DNA of 32,000 nucleotides, taken from the NCBI RefSeq assembly GCF_000018785.1, contig NC_010163.1, positions 930,001-962,000 of the forward strand, written 5' to 3'. The translations under genes were made by a program, and so were the position numbers. The notes beneath the pieces are model-generated. The model was not told the DNA's origin and did not search any database. It saw only the letters and a program-made list of their open reading frames with translations. The stretch is from Acholeplasma laidlawii PG-8A. Lineage in GTDB: Bacteria; Bacillota_I; Bacilli_A; Acholeplasmatales; Acholeplasmataceae. Positions 9,891 through 20,490 of the stretch are shown here, piece by piece. The number at the start of each line of letters is the position of its first letter. The first letter of the stretch is position 1.

Positions 9891-9897
9891 CTAAATT

Positions 9898-10809
9898 TCA
9901 CACATAAAGTGTGACATTACCTTTACCTTTTTGTTTGGATTCGTACATGCACTTATCCCCAAGGTTTAGTAACCTATGATAATCTCTATTTTCATCTGTA
10001 ATTTTTACAATACCTACGGATAAACTTACACCAAGTTCCTTGGTCATATTATTTAGGTTTTCGATGTCTTCTACTAAATTATTTGCGCGTTTAACGATAG
10101 AGTCATCATCATGTTCGTAACAGTACATAGCAAACTCATCGCCACCCAATCTATAGTATAAAACATTATGTTCCCACTTACTTATAAAGAAGTTTGCTAT
10201 ATCAATCAAGAATTGATCACCTGCTTGGTGGCCATATTTATCATTAATGGATTTAAAATCATCAATATCTAGATAAAGTAAGTATGATCCTCTTGTATTC
10301 TGTAAGTAATCAATATGCATCTTTAAAGTCTCACGGCTAAACAGTCTAGTTAAACTATCTTGGTATGTTTTTTGATAATGAATAATGTTTACTGGTGTTT
10401 CATGATATATTCTAACAACCTGACCAAGTACGAGCGCTTGACCTTCAATACGTTTTAAGCTCACATATAACCAGATAGGTTTAAGGTCATTTTTAATGGG
10501 AATATATAAGAATATCTCATCTTTCAAATTCGTAAATTTTTCTCTTATCTTTTGAAGAAAAGTGTGTTTGCCCTCAACTTCTGCTAATAGATTGTCGGGT
10601 TCAACGAAATCTAGAAGTTTACTTGCCTCAATTTCATCAAAATTAGGTAATCCAATTTTACTTAAGTCCCCACTAATCAAATGACACATATTTGGTTTAA
10701 CATGAGTTTCTACAACAAAATATATTTGTCTATCATCGACAAATATTAGATCATTTAACACATTCAAATTAAACTTTGATTCGACTCTCTCCAAAAGACG
10801 TTTCTTCAT
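9898..10809 (-). CDS. GGDEF domain protein (putative diguanylate cyclase)
   Basis: 303 aa; DPLTRL-like DSLTRLFSRETL, LYLDIDDFKSINDKYGHQAGDQFL, YRLGGDEFAMY. Confidence 0.92.
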   Translation of the reverse strand: MKKRLLERVESKFNLNVLNDLIFVDDRQIYFVVETHVKPNMCHLISGDLSKIGLPNFDEIEASKLLDFVEPDNLLAEVEGKHTFLQKIREKFTNLKDEIFLYIPIKNDLKPIWLYVSLKRIEGQALVLGQVVRIYHETPVNIIHYQKTYQDSLTRLFSRETLKMHIDYLQNTRGSYLLYLDIDDFKSINDKYGHQAGDQFLIDIANFFISKWEHNVLYYRLGGDEFAMYCYEHDDDSIVKRANNLVEDIENLNNMTKELGVSLSVGIVKITDENRDYHRLLNLGDKCMYESKQKGKGNVTLYV

Positions 10810-10932
10810 TTAATAACCTTTATTACTTTCATTTAATTAATTAGCATCGCACGATATAAAGATAACATTAATCTAATAAAACAACAAGTAAATCTATAAT
10901 GAAAGCGCTTTTATACTTTCAAAATGTAAAAT

Positions 10933-10959
10933 AGGAAGACTTTTGAATGTAGTCTTCCT
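10933..10959 (-). terminator. Hairpin downstream of the antiporter gene
   Basis: aggaagact...agtcttcct perfect 9-bp inverted repeat; weak T-rich tail on the minus strand. Confidence 0.5.
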
Positions 10960-10990
10960 AATATATTAGGTTATAAAAATGGTTCATGCA

Positions 10991-12178
10991 TTATAAAACC
11001 GATTTGGTTAATAACTTTTTATGCGTATTATCCATAAGTATTGCACCTAATGGTGCAGTAATCAATATCGCAAGAACAGCCATAGTAAGTACTAAATTAC
11101 CAACAGCCAAGCCTTCAGTTAATGCGATTGCACCGATCGATGCTTGAACTGTAGCTTTTGGTATGTAACTTATCATTGAAAATACTTTTTCTTTAGTGTT
11201 TAGATTTGTAAATAATAAGGATACATACACGCCAATCATTCTAAATACTAGAGCTATCATTAAAACAATCATCGGCATAAATCCAGCACTAATTGCGTAA
11301 TTTACGTCTACAGAAATACCCACTAAAACAAATAGTAAAATCTCAAAGAATAACCATAACTTATGATATCCTTCTTCTAATTCATGTGCAATCGTTCTAT
11401 TTTTAAATAATATGACCATACCGGTAGTTACAATACTAATTAAAGCAGAGAATGAAATCACATCTTGAATAAGGATTTCTAACCCTATAAGCATAAAAGA
11501 TACAGAGAGTAAAATCAGTATATTTGAAAGCATTGTTTTAGTGTGCTTTTTAAAAATCTTAACCATGAAGAGTCCAACACCAATACCGATAATTGCACCT
11601 AATATAATAGATATCGGTATTTGAAGTATAGACCAAGTATTTAGTGTATTTCCTTTAAGTACGCCTAAAAATGCATAAAACAATACAATAACAAAGATAT
11701 CATCTGCTGATGATCCTGCCATAATAAGTTCTGGTATATTTTTATTTGTACCATAGTTTGTTTTACTATATTTAATCATTCTTGGAATGATGACAGCAGG
11801 AGATACTGCTGCAATCACTGAGCCAATGAGTAACGCTTCAGGATAAGTCACACCCAAAAGCATTGGTGCAAAGATAGTAATCGCCACAATTTCAAATACA
11901 GCCGGTACAAAACACATGAGGATTGCAGGTCGCCCTATTTTCTTCAAATTATCTATATTAAGTGATAAGCCTGAACGGGTAAGGATAATCACTAAAGCTA
12001 TCTGACGTAAATATCCTGAAATTTGTAAAACCGTTCCATCAATAATATTTAATATGGACGGACCCATGAGCATACCTACTATGATCATACCTACAATTTT
12101 AGGTAACCTTATTTTTTCAAATAATATACCCGCTAAGAATCCCGTGATTAAAATGATACCTAAACTTAATAATGCCAT
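10991..12178 (-). CDS. Cation:proton antiporter (CPA/NhaP-Kef type membrane transporter)
   Basis: 395 aa multi-TM; FEKIRLPKIVGMIIVGMLMGPSIL, GLSLNIDNLKKIG, AAVSPAVIIP, AGSSADDIFVIVLF. Confidence 0.85.
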   Translation of the reverse strand: MALLSLGIILITGFLAGILFEKIRLPKIVGMIIVGMLMGPSILNIIDGTVLQISGYLRQIALVIILTRSGLSLNIDNLKKIGRPAILMCFVPAVFEIVAITIFAPMLLGVTYPEALLIGSVIAAVSPAVIIPRMIKYSKTNYGTNKNIPELIMAGSSADDIFVIVLFYAFLGVLKGNTLNTWSILQIPISIILGAIIGIGVGLFMVKIFKKHTKTMLSNILILLSVSFMLIGLEILIQDVISFSALISIVTTGMVILFKNRTIAHELEEGYHKLWLFFEILLFVLVGISVDVNYAISAGFMPMIVLMIALVFRMIGVYVSLLFTNLNTKEKVFSMISYIPKATVQASIGAIALTEGLAVGNLVLTMAVLAILITAPLGAILMDNTHKKLLTKSVL

Positions 12179-12207
12179 GTAAATCTCCTAATAAAAACTT
12201 TAAATTC

Positions 12208-13389
12208 CTATACAATAAAACCTAAAAACATTGAAAGTAAAATAATGATTGGTGCAGGTATCTTTTTCGTTAATAAGAGTAATGTAGAAACCACTACAAC
12301 AACATATACCTTAAAGTCTACTTCTAGTTTAAGTGATTGGTTGATTGCAGTCATTACTATCAAACTGGCTGCAGTAATACTTACTCCAGTTAAGAAGCGT
12401 TTCATTAAAGGCATTTTTCTTGAAGCTTTCCATAAAGGGAATATGAAAAATACTAATAATATACCCGGCAAGAAAATACTAAAACCACCAATTATACCTG
12501 CTAGAAAACTCAGACTACTACCATCAAATGATCTTGCTGATACAAATGAAGCAAAACTAAATAACGGACCAGGTATTGCCTGATCGATTGCATAACCTGC
12601 TAAAAAGTCATTTAAAGAGATAATCGATTGATTATTCACCAAATCAGTAATCATAAGTGGCACAACAATTTGCCCACCACCAATTACAGAATAACCATAT
12701 TTATAAAATGAGGTGTAGATATTTAAAATAGAAATATCGAATGTTTGACTTAAAACCTCATTAACGAGTGCTAGCACTACAACAATGATTAGTATAAACC
12801 ATTTTGGTTTATATTCAAGTTTATCGTTGCGTTTTTCACTTATTTTAGGAACTACATAACTTAAGCCCCCGAGTATAAGTAATAACGGTACTATCCACAT
12901 AGATAGATTTGCAAATAATAACCCTAATATAAGCATTATAATGTATAAAATAATATCCGTTTTAACCTTTAGTACTTTTCTAGATAAGGTAATCGCAGCA
13001 TATACAATAAATGAAATTGCTGCTGCAGGTAGATACATGAGTACTGGTTCCCATGCATGATTAGCATCTATAAACGTAAAAAACATACCGAGTAAAGTCA
13101 TGACTATCATTGCAGGTAATGCCCAAACTAGAAAGGTAAAGATTGCCAGTAATTTACCACCAACATAATAACCAATAGCTGTAATTGTTTGAGTACTACT
13201 GGGACCCGGGACTAATGCATATAACCCTATCATTTCTGTAAGTTCTTCTTCAGTGATGTATTTCTTCTTTTTAACTAATATGGAAGAAAATACACCATAG
13301 TGAGCTTCAGGTCCACCATATGATCCTAAAGAACATAGAAAAACATCCCATAAAAACATATACCACTTAACTTTATGTAAATTATCCAT
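12208..13389 (-). CDS. chrA: Chromate transporter (CHR family)
   Basis: 393 aa; SYGGPEAHYGVF, YALVPGPSSTQTITAIGYYVGG, duplicated second half GYSVIGGGQIVVPLM...DQAIPGPLFSFASFVSA. Confidence 0.88.
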   Translation of the reverse strand: MDNLHKVKWYMFLWDVFLCSLGSYGGPEAHYGVFSSILVKKKKYITEEELTEMIGLYALVPGPSSTQTITAIGYYVGGKLLAIFTFLVWALPAMIVMTLLGMFFTFIDANHAWEPVLMYLPAAAISFIVYAAITLSRKVLKVKTDIILYIIMLILGLLFANLSMWIVPLLLILGGLSYVVPKISEKRNDKLEYKPKWFILIIVVVLALVNEVLSQTFDISILNIYTSFYKYGYSVIGGGQIVVPLMITDLVNNQSIISLNDFLAGYAIDQAIPGPLFSFASFVSARSFDGSSLSFLAGIIGGFSIFLPGILLVFFIFPLWKASRKMPLMKRFLTGVSITAASLIVMTAINQSLKLEVDFKVYVVVVVSTLLLLTKKIPAPIIILLSMFLGFIV

Positions 13390-13589
13390 ATACTATCCTC
13401 AAAAAATATCTATCTTGTCATAAACATATAATCATTATACATAAGGGTCCCTTTATTTGGCCACCAATCACATTATATTTTATGTGTTTTTTACACAAGA
13501 TAGCTATTTATTGACATAATGAAGCAATCTTATTGTTAAAGTATTGAAAACGTGGTAATCTAGTTATCATAACTAGATGGAGGTATTGG

Positions 13590-14135
13590 ATGGATTCAGA
13601 AATACAAAAATGGATAAATAAAATAGAACATATAAAGCTACCACGTTGGGAAGAACTACCTGACATTGAACTTTATTCAGAACAAGTCATACACTATGTA
13701 AACCAACATTTAGGCTATATATTTATTGATCACGAAGATATCAAAGATAGTTTTGTTACACCTTCAATGATTAATAACTATGTAAAACATAAAATTATGA
13801 CACCACCAATCAAGAAAAAATATAAAAGGTCACACATTGCTTTCATTATTACAATCACCATACTTAAACAAGTAGGTAGCCTAAATGATGTTCAAAAAGG
13901 TATAATCCACTTAACTTCTGTATATGGTAAAGTCGATGCATACAATACATTTATTGACTTTCTAGAGCAGTCATTACTATCTGCTGTGAGTGAACTCAAA
14001 GGAAAACCAAATATAACTTATTATTCTAAACCTGTATCAATTGATCTATTACCGCTTAAAACAGCTACCATAGCATTTTCTTCTATCATGCTATCTAGCT
14101 ATCTGTTTTCAAAATTAGACATCAAAAACACATAA
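13590..14135 (+). CDS. DUF1836 family protein
   Basis: 181 aa; LPRWEELPDIELYSEQVIHYVNQHL...VTPSMINNYVKHKIM...KKYKRSHIAFIITITILKQV. Confidence 0.8.
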   Translation: MDSEIQKWINKIEHIKLPRWEELPDIELYSEQVIHYVNQHLGYIFIDHEDIKDSFVTPSMINNYVKHKIMTPPIKKKYKRSHIAFIITITILKQVGSLNDVQKGIIHLTSVYGKVDAYNTFIDFLEQSLLSAVSELKGKPNITYYSKPVSIDLLPLKTATIAFSSIMLSSYLFSKLDIKNT

Positions 14136-14148
14136 AGGAGTTTCAAAT

Positions 14149-15000
14149 ATGAAACAAAATATCGCAATACTTGCAGATTCAGGATCTGACATCAACATAG
14201 ACTCAACAAATATGCCTCTATATATACTTCCATTAAGAATTATTATTGATGGTAAAGAATATATTGATAAAAAAGAAATTTCATTAAAAGAGGTTTTAAG
14301 TCATATTGATCATAAAAAAGTAACTACTTCTCTACCAAGTCCAAAAGACATTGAAGGTACTTTTGACCAAATTAAAAAAGACGGGTTCACGCATGTTATT
14401 TGTATCCCGATTTCAAAAGGTTTAAGTGGTACAATGAATATCATTAGACAAATTGCCGAAGATTATCAAGGTTTAACAATCGAGCTTATCGATACCAAAA
14501 ACATTAGTATGGCTAGCGGATATAGTTCATTAGAAGCACTTCATATGATTAAAGAAGGTAAATCGTTCGAAGAAATTGTAAACATGATTAACCAAAACCT
14601 AACACATAAAAAAGTATTTTTCACAGTTGATAAACTTGTTTACCTAAAAAAAGGTGGACGTATTGGTTTAGTATCAGCAACAGTGGCTGATTTATTAAAA
14701 ATTAAACCCGTAATTACATGTAATCATGAAGGTATCTACTATACAGTCAAAAAACAAAGAGGCTATCAAAAAGCTGTTAATGAACTGATTCATCAAGTTG
14801 TAGAATTTGTTAAAGACAGTAAGAGTTATGATGTTGCTTTAATGAACAGTGACACTAAACTAAATTTAGAAGATTTCTCATCAAAAATCAAAGAAGCTCT
14901 ACCTCATATTAGAAACTTTAGTATATCAAACATTACACCAGCCTTAGCAATTCACACCGGTCCAGAAGCGCTTGGTATAGCTGTTTCAATTAATCTATAA
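14149..15000 (+). CDS. DegV family fatty-acid-binding protein
   Basis: 283 aa; ILADSGSDI, ITTSLPSP-like VTTSLPSPKDI, PISKGLSGTMN, YLKKGGRIG. Confidence 0.93.
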   Translation: MKQNIAILADSGSDINIDSTNMPLYILPLRIIIDGKEYIDKKEISLKEVLSHIDHKKVTTSLPSPKDIEGTFDQIKKDGFTHVICIPISKGLSGTMNIIRQIAEDYQGLTIELIDTKNISMASGYSSLEALHMIKEGKSFEEIVNMINQNLTHKKVFFTVDKLVYLKKGGRIGLVSATVADLLKIKPVITCNHEGIYYTVKKQRGYQKAVNELIHQVVEFVKDSKSYDVALMNSDTKLNLEDFSSKIKEALPHIRNFSISNITPALAIHTGPEALGIAVSINL

Positions 15001-15008
15001 AAATATAA

Positions 15009-15046
15009 CGGTCACTCTATCTATCTGATATAGTGACCGTTTTTTA
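15009..15046. terminator. Bidirectional terminator between degV-like (+) and rsmH (-)
   Basis: cggtcactctatc ... gatatagtgaccg followed by TTTTTT on the + strand, in a convergent intergenic. Confidence 0.85.
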
Positions 15047-16081
15047 TTAACCTTTAATAGCAATCCTTAGTTTTGCAGATCTTGCTCTTGGATTATTAAA
15101 TACTTCTTCTTTACTTGGTAATATCGGACCTTCTGTCATACTAAATACACCATCATTTAAATATTGTTTAAATGCCTTTTTAACTAGCCTATCCTCACCG
15201 GAGTGAAATGATAAAATAGCCACTTTACCACCAGGATTTAATTTACCCGGTAATTTGTCAAGCATCTCAAATAACACTTCATACTCACTGTTAACATCAA
15301 TTCTTAATGCTTGAAAAGTTCTACTCGATGCTTTTTTTAGTTCTTCTTCATATACTTTTTTTGACACCTTTTGTAGTGCTGATGCAATGACCTGGTGTAA
15401 ATCTAATGTCGTTCGGATGTACCTTCCTTGTATTTTCGCTTTTGTAATTTCTTTAGCTATTTCTTTTGCATAAATTTCATCAGCGTTTTCAATTAACATA
15501 TGCTCAATTTCTATTTCACTCATCTCAAGTAATCTTACATATGCCGGAATACCAACATTTGGATTCATTCTTAGATCTAAAGGACCTTCTTCTCTAAATG
15601 TAAAGCCTCTATCCGGATTATCAATTTGCATAGAAGAAACACCTAAATCCGCCAAAATAAAATCAAAGCCTTCAGTATCAATTGCATCAAAATCCTTGAA
15701 ATTTAATTGATGAAGCGTAAAGTTATCTTTATTAAATCCGTAACTTTCTAGTCTAGCCCTTGTTTTTGGTAGTTCAATAGGATCTTGATCAATTCCATGT
15801 AAGTGTCCTGTGTGATTTAATTTTTTTAAAATTTCCTTACTATGTCCACCAAATCCAGTGGTTAAGTCAATCCCTACTTGTCCTAATTTTATATCAAAAA
15901 AATGTAGTATTTCATCAACCATAATTGAACGATGCATACCTGCAGGTGTATTACCCTTCTTCATAACTTTTTGAATAGTTTCTTTATACTTTTCAGGGTT
16001 TTTTTCTTTGTATTTTTCATTATATTTTTTTGGATACAGACCACTATATCTTTTTCTTCTTACTCGTTTATTTTCTTCCAT
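15047..16081 (-). CDS. rsmH: 16S rRNA m4C1402 methyltransferase RsmH (MraW)
   Basis: 344 aa; DLTTGFGGHSKEILKKL, ADLGVSSMQIDNPDRGFTFREEGPLDLRMN, SFHSGEDRLVKKAFK. Confidence 0.97.
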   Translation of the reverse strand: MEENKRVRRKRYSGLYPKKYNEKYKEKNPEKYKETIQKVMKKGNTPAGMHRSIMVDEILHFFDIKLGQVGIDLTTGFGGHSKEILKKLNHTGHLHGIDQDPIELPKTRARLESYGFNKDNFTLHQLNFKDFDAIDTEGFDFILADLGVSSMQIDNPDRGFTFREEGPLDLRMNPNVGIPAYVRLLEMSEIEIEHMLIENADEIYAKEIAKEITKAKIQGRYIRTTLDLHQVIASALQKVSKKVYEEELKKASSRTFQALRIDVNSEYEVLFEMLDKLPGKLNPGGKVAILSFHSGEDRLVKKAFKQYLNDGVFSMTEGPILPSKEEVFNNPRARSAKLRIAIKG

Positions 16082-16241
16082 ATTAGGGCACCTCTAAATA
16101 CTATAACAAATAAGACCAAATTAAACAAACTAAAATGTCTTTATTTACTTTCTTATCTTCCACTTCTTCAATATTTTAAAGAAAATACACCCAGTAAGTC
16201 AGATGTATTTTGTCAAGATATATTATATCTAAACTTATCTT

Positions 16242-17444
16242 TTAAGTGATAGATCTGTAAACCAAATCAAACTCAGTAATACCTTCTACATCTAATTTAT
16301 CCAAAGTGACTAGATACGTATAAGAACTAAACGCTGTTGCACCACTTAGAATACTATGAACATTCAGTGTTAACGTATCATCTTTAGTAGTTACAGAGTA
16401 CACATAATTTTCACTCATTCTTGTTTCCAATTTATAGTAGAAAATAACTATATGTTCTTCAAAATAAGCTTCATCGTAAATAGAAAGGAGTTCATCAAAA
16501 TAGGTTGATTTAATATCATATTTTAAAGTTATACTTGTTGTTTTAGCTAAATTTATGTTATTAATAAATTCATCATGATTTTTAGCATAAAAGAATATAT
16601 AATTTGATAATTCTTCATTTAATGCTTCATAACGCACATCAAACGTAGGTACTTTTTCATCAATTAATAGGTAGTTTTCCCCAAAATTTGTGGAAAACCA
16701 TAACTTTTCCTGATGCATTGTATTATATTTAGGGTTTGTGAAGTCATAAAATTCATAAGCTATTGGATAATATACTTGGTTAGATTTAGTATTCCCCATC
16801 AAATAATTAAATCCAGTGCCAATCAAAATCAACTGACTTTCTTCATCATATATTGACATCATAAATGTACCGTTAGGTTGTACATCATAGAATGCTTGTG
16901 TGATATTATTTTTATGTAGTTCGTTTAAAGTATTTGATTCATCTTTTATACCAAGTTTAATACTGAAATCCCTGAAAAGAGCTACATTTTGAATGTTTGA
17001 TAAGTGTCCCAAAATAAGTTCTACACTATAAGGTAATATGTAGTCTGAGAGTATAAAGAGGCTCAGTGGATTTACAGATGATTTAATGCGCATATTTGGA
17101 TAATAATATAATAGTTTATAGACACCATTTTGTTTAACAATGTCCAAATGTATATACAAGTTACTATCTAACTTTTCTACTTGTGTTAGTAGATAATCTA
17201 ACCCCTGAACATGACTAAACTTAAAAGAAAGTTCATTACTTATCTCAATGCCTTCGTTTATATATTCCAGTTCACCAAATTTATCTAATACTATTGATTT
17301 CTTATCTATAGTAACAAAAGTTACTTGATGTTTTTCATCTTCATTTATTTGATCATCATCTGACTTTGTTAGATCATTGGGTGTACAAGATATAAGAGAA
17401 AATAAACTTACTAAAGTCATGAAAATAATTAATATTTTCTTCAT
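16242..17444 (-). CDS. Hypothetical lipoprotein
   Basis: 400 aa; signal peptide and lipobox MKKILIIFMTLVSLFSLISC. Confidence 0.75.
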   Translation of the reverse strand: MKKILIIFMTLVSLFSLISCTPNDLTKSDDDQINEDEKHQVTFVTIDKKSIVLDKFGELEYINEGIEISNELSFKFSHVQGLDYLLTQVEKLDSNLYIHLDIVKQNGVYKLLYYYPNMRIKSSVNPLSLFILSDYILPYSVELILGHLSNIQNVALFRDFSIKLGIKDESNTLNELHKNNITQAFYDVQPNGTFMMSIYDEESQLILIGTGFNYLMGNTKSNQVYYPIAYEFYDFTNPKYNTMHQEKLWFSTNFGENYLLIDEKVPTFDVRYEALNEELSNYIFFYAKNHDEFINNINLAKTTSITLKYDIKSTYFDELLSIYDEAYFEEHIVIFYYKLETRMSENYVYSVTTKDDTLTLNVHSILSGATAFSSYTYLVTLDKLDVEGITEFDLVYRSIT

Positions 17445-17565
17445 TTATCCCACGCTCCATTATTTTTTTTACTTAGAAAACAAACCTCATAGAACCTTCC
17501 CTATTTAATCTTCATGTTAGCGTTATTATAATCGTATTATATCATTATAATTTAGATATTATATT

Positions 17566-18168
17566 TTATTGTTTTTGCTTTCTAGACAATGCATATTTTA
17601 AGTTCATGACTAGAACACCAATAATGATGATTGTTTGGATATAGTAGATATATGCTGCAATATTAGAAAATAAACTAAACAATTCAACCGTCAAATCTTT
17701 TATAAAATGGTTTAGAATCATTGAGCCTATAAAATTTATCAGGCCAATCGCTATATAAGTCATAGTTAATACTCTTCCACCTATATTCAACCTATTATAA
17801 AGACTTAATAAAAATACAACAGTGATAACTGGTGCAAAGTTAATAGATTGCGCCATGAGCACTATGGAACTTCCTGTTTCTACACTAAAGCCTAACCTAA
17901 TCCAAGTAGTGATAATACTGGAAATTGGTGATGCAATAAGCAATAGACAGGAAATTATGAGGAAAATATTATCTTTATTATCTAAAATAATCAAGATTAG
18001 GCCAATAATGATCACGATAGTCATCAAAATATTTGATGCAAGTACATAATTTATATATATATCAAACGGTATCGATATAAATGATAATACAACCTTATTT
18101 ATCATACCAGCCATATAAGATGTTATCATAAGTATAAATCCAAAGATTCTTTTCTCATTTATTATCAT
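17566..18168 (-). CDS. Hypothetical multi-TM membrane protein
   Basis: 200 aa with repeated hydrophobic segments. Confidence 0.65.
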   Translation of the reverse strand: MIINEKRIFGFILMITSYMAGMINKVVLSFISIPFDIYINYVLASNILMTIVIIIGLILIILDNKDNIFLIISCLLLIASPISSIITTWIRLGFSVETGSSIVLMAQSINFAPVITVVFLLSLYNRLNIGGRVLTMTYIAIGLINFIGSMILNHFIKDLTVELFSLFSNIAAYIYYIQTIIIIGVLVMNLKYALSRKQKQ

Positions 18169-18260
18169 CCTTTTTAAAACGTTTTTTAAGTGTAATTATT
18201 ATATCACAGATAAAAAAATAATTGATTACACACTATAATCAATTATTTTTTTCGAACTAA

Positions 18261-19619
18261 CTATTCACTTAAAATAACTTCTTCTTTACTATTTAATATG
18301 TCAAAATTTAATTCATTTTCTGATTTGGCAACAATAGTTGCCGCAACACCAGCACCAGTAACATTAATTAGTGTACGTCCCATATCAATTAATGGATCAA
18401 CTGCAATAATTAAAGCTATACCATCAATCGGTAACCCAAGTGCTGATAATACTACCGCTGCAGCAATGGTTGCAATACCTGGAACACCAGCAATTCCTAT
18501 TGCTGAAATGGTTGTAATCACTAAAAGTAATACGAACTCTACTGGTCCTATAGGAATACCATAAGCATTTGCAGTTAGTACTGCTACCATCGCTGGGAAA
18601 ATCCCTCCACAAGCATTCATACCTACATTAGCACTTAATGGTCCAACAAAGTTTGCAATACGATCAGATACCCCAACGCGTTTTGTTAAGGACTCCATAG
18701 TAACTGGTAAGGTACCATAGCTACTTTGAGAGGTAAACGCTAAAAACATTGCCGGAGAGAATTTTTGAACAAACTTGATTGGTGATACTTTCATAATCTT
18801 TAGTAAAAGCATTTGAACAAATACAAAATGGAAGATTAAAGCGCCATATATTAAGGCAATATATAAACCTAGTTGTTTCAATGTTTCTATATTACTTCTA
18901 CCCACAGCATAAGCCATAAATGAAAATACCGCATAAGGTGTTAATTTAATAACAAATTTTGTTACTCTTGTCATAATAGTATTTAATGAATTATTAAAGT
19001 CAACAAAAGGCTTAGTGCGTTCTGGATGTCTTACATTTTCAATAATGATTGCCACTGAAACAAATAGTGCAAGTACAATTACGGGTAATACGACATTACC
19101 AGATAAAGCTGCACCAATATTATTAGGGAAGAAATTTAAGATAACTGTTTCAATTGGCGTAATTTCTCTTACATATTCACCGATCGGTTCAAAATTACTG
19201 CCCAATCCTGGTATATATGCAAATAAGAATCCAATAACCGCACCAATAGTTGTTGTTATAAGTAACCAGAAGAAAGACTTAATACCAATGCTCTTTAGTT
19301 TTTGCATTGTCTCAAGTGATGTAAAACTCTTTATTACAGCTGTTAAAACAAGAGGTACAACAACCATTTGGATTAATCTTAAATATAATTGTCCAATCGG
19401 TCTTATTGTTGCAACAATTGTTGTTTCTTGACCATTAATGGTAGTTGTAGTTGGACCAAATAAAAATCCTATTAATATACCTAGAGTCATACCAATGATC
19501 ACTCTTAAACTAAATTTTAACTTTTTCTTACCTGTGAAGAAAATAAGTGCTATGACTACTAATGTAGTTAAGTACAGTACGCCTTTTTGCCATGAATCTA
19601 TTAAATAATTATCAAACAT
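18261..19619 (-). CDS. Dicarboxylate/amino acid:cation symporter (SDF family)
   Basis: 452 aa; TSQSSYGTLPVTMESL, GPLSANVGMNACGGIFPA, GVPGIATIAAAVVLSALGLP, DPLIDMGRTLINVTGA. Confidence 0.93.
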   Translation of the reverse strand: MFDNYLIDSWQKGVLYLTTLVVIALIFFTGKKKLKFSLRVIIGMTLGILIGFLFGPTTTTINGQETTIVATIRPIGQLYLRLIQMVVVPLVLTAVIKSFTSLETMQKLKSIGIKSFFWLLITTTIGAVIGFLFAYIPGLGSNFEPIGEYVREITPIETVILNFFPNNIGAALSGNVVLPVIVLALFVSVAIIIENVRHPERTKPFVDFNNSLNTIMTRVTKFVIKLTPYAVFSFMAYAVGRSNIETLKQLGLYIALIYGALIFHFVFVQMLLLKIMKVSPIKFVQKFSPAMFLAFTSQSSYGTLPVTMESLTKRVGVSDRIANFVGPLSANVGMNACGGIFPAMVAVLTANAYGIPIGPVEFVLLLVITTISAIGIAGVPGIATIAAAVVLSALGLPIDGIALIIAVDPLIDMGRTLINVTGAGVAATIVAKSENELNFDILNSKEEVILSE

Positions 19620-19701
19620 GTGTTTTCCTCTTTTACTAATTATTTCGATATAGAAATATATTACTATACAGTTTCCTTAAGCTCAAATAAAAGGCATTTT
19701 A

Positions 19702-19726
19702 AAAGCAGTTAAATATTAACTGCTTT
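19702..19726 (-). terminator. Hairpin terminator downstream of the NUDIX gene
   Basis: Perfect 11-bp inverted repeat aaagcagttaa-ata-ttaactgcttt; minus-strand tail CTTTTAAAA. Confidence 0.6.
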
Positions 19727-19755
19727 ATGTATTCGTGTAAAATATTGTGATTCTT

Positions 19756-20316
19756 TTACTTATTAAGTGTTTTTATATAAGTAAATAATTTCTGGTAGAT
19801 ATATATCATACGTTCTTCAGTTACGTGATTTAAAACATCATCTAAATCAAACCACTTAACTCCACTATTCTCATCAGCCTTTATAACTAGGTTCTCATCT
19901 TCATCAGCTATAAGTAAATAGGTTAAATTCATATGAATGTGGTCACCCACATATACACCCCGTTTTATATGGTTATAAACTAGGATATTATCTAATGACA
20001 CAGGTTCATGAAGCAGTGGCCTAACTTTCTTAACTCCTGTTTCTTCGGTTACCTCTTCTAATAATACATCTAAAAAATCAGGATTACCGTCACTATGTCC
20101 ACCAATCCAGCCCCAAGATTTATATATAAGGTGGTTAGCAAATAATACTTTATCTAATGTTTTATTTAGAATAATTGCTGAATTGGAAAAATGAGCAATA
20201 AGGTTTGTTCTAAATAGTGCATCATCATTATTTCTAGCAAAGTCTAACATTGCCTTTTTATCAATTGCTTCTTGTTCATTTTTGGGTTGATAGTTTTCTA
20301 TTGTCTTAATATGCAT
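19756..20316 (-). CDS. NUDIX hydrolase
   Basis: 186 aa; GGHSDGNPDFLDVLLEEVTEETGV resembles the Nudix box with a degenerate start. Confidence 0.8.
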   Translation of the reverse strand: MHIKTIENYQPKNEQEAIDKKAMLDFARNNDDALFRTNLIAHFSNSAIILNKTLDKVLFANHLIYKSWGWIGGHSDGNPDFLDVLLEEVTEETGVKKVRPLLHEPVSLDNILVYNHIKRGVYVGDHIHMNLTYLLIADEDENLVIKADENSGVKWFDLDDVLNHVTEERMIYIYQKLFTYIKTLNK

Positions 20317-20490
20317 CTGTATTTTCTCAATTCTTTACTTGGTATCTAGTATAAATATAGCATAATTTCATCAAGTTATCAACGAAGCAATGGTGCACAC
20401 TTGTTTTATTTAGGCATCTCAATAATAATCTTTCCCATCACTTTCGTGAATCACCTCTAAAAATACAGGATATTTAAAATATTGTATAAT

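Noticed and set aside
12245-12583. 112-aa + strand ORF antisense to chrA
   Set aside because: Shadow ORF; the minus-strand chromate transporter reading is unambiguous.
15932-16249. 105-aa + strand ORF over the rsmH start and upstream region
   Set aside because: Phe/Ser/Leu-rich translation of AT-rich leader plus antisense rsmH; no coding evidence.
18298-18612. + strand ORF 18298-18564 and minus-strand ORF 18424-18612 within the symporter
   Set aside because: Overlap the conserved C-terminal part of the symporter in other frames; no independent coding support.
19015-19431. 138-aa + strand ORF
   Set aside because: Lies fully antisense within the SDF symporter gene, whose protein is clearly conserved; low-complexity Thr/Ile-rich translation expected from antisense.
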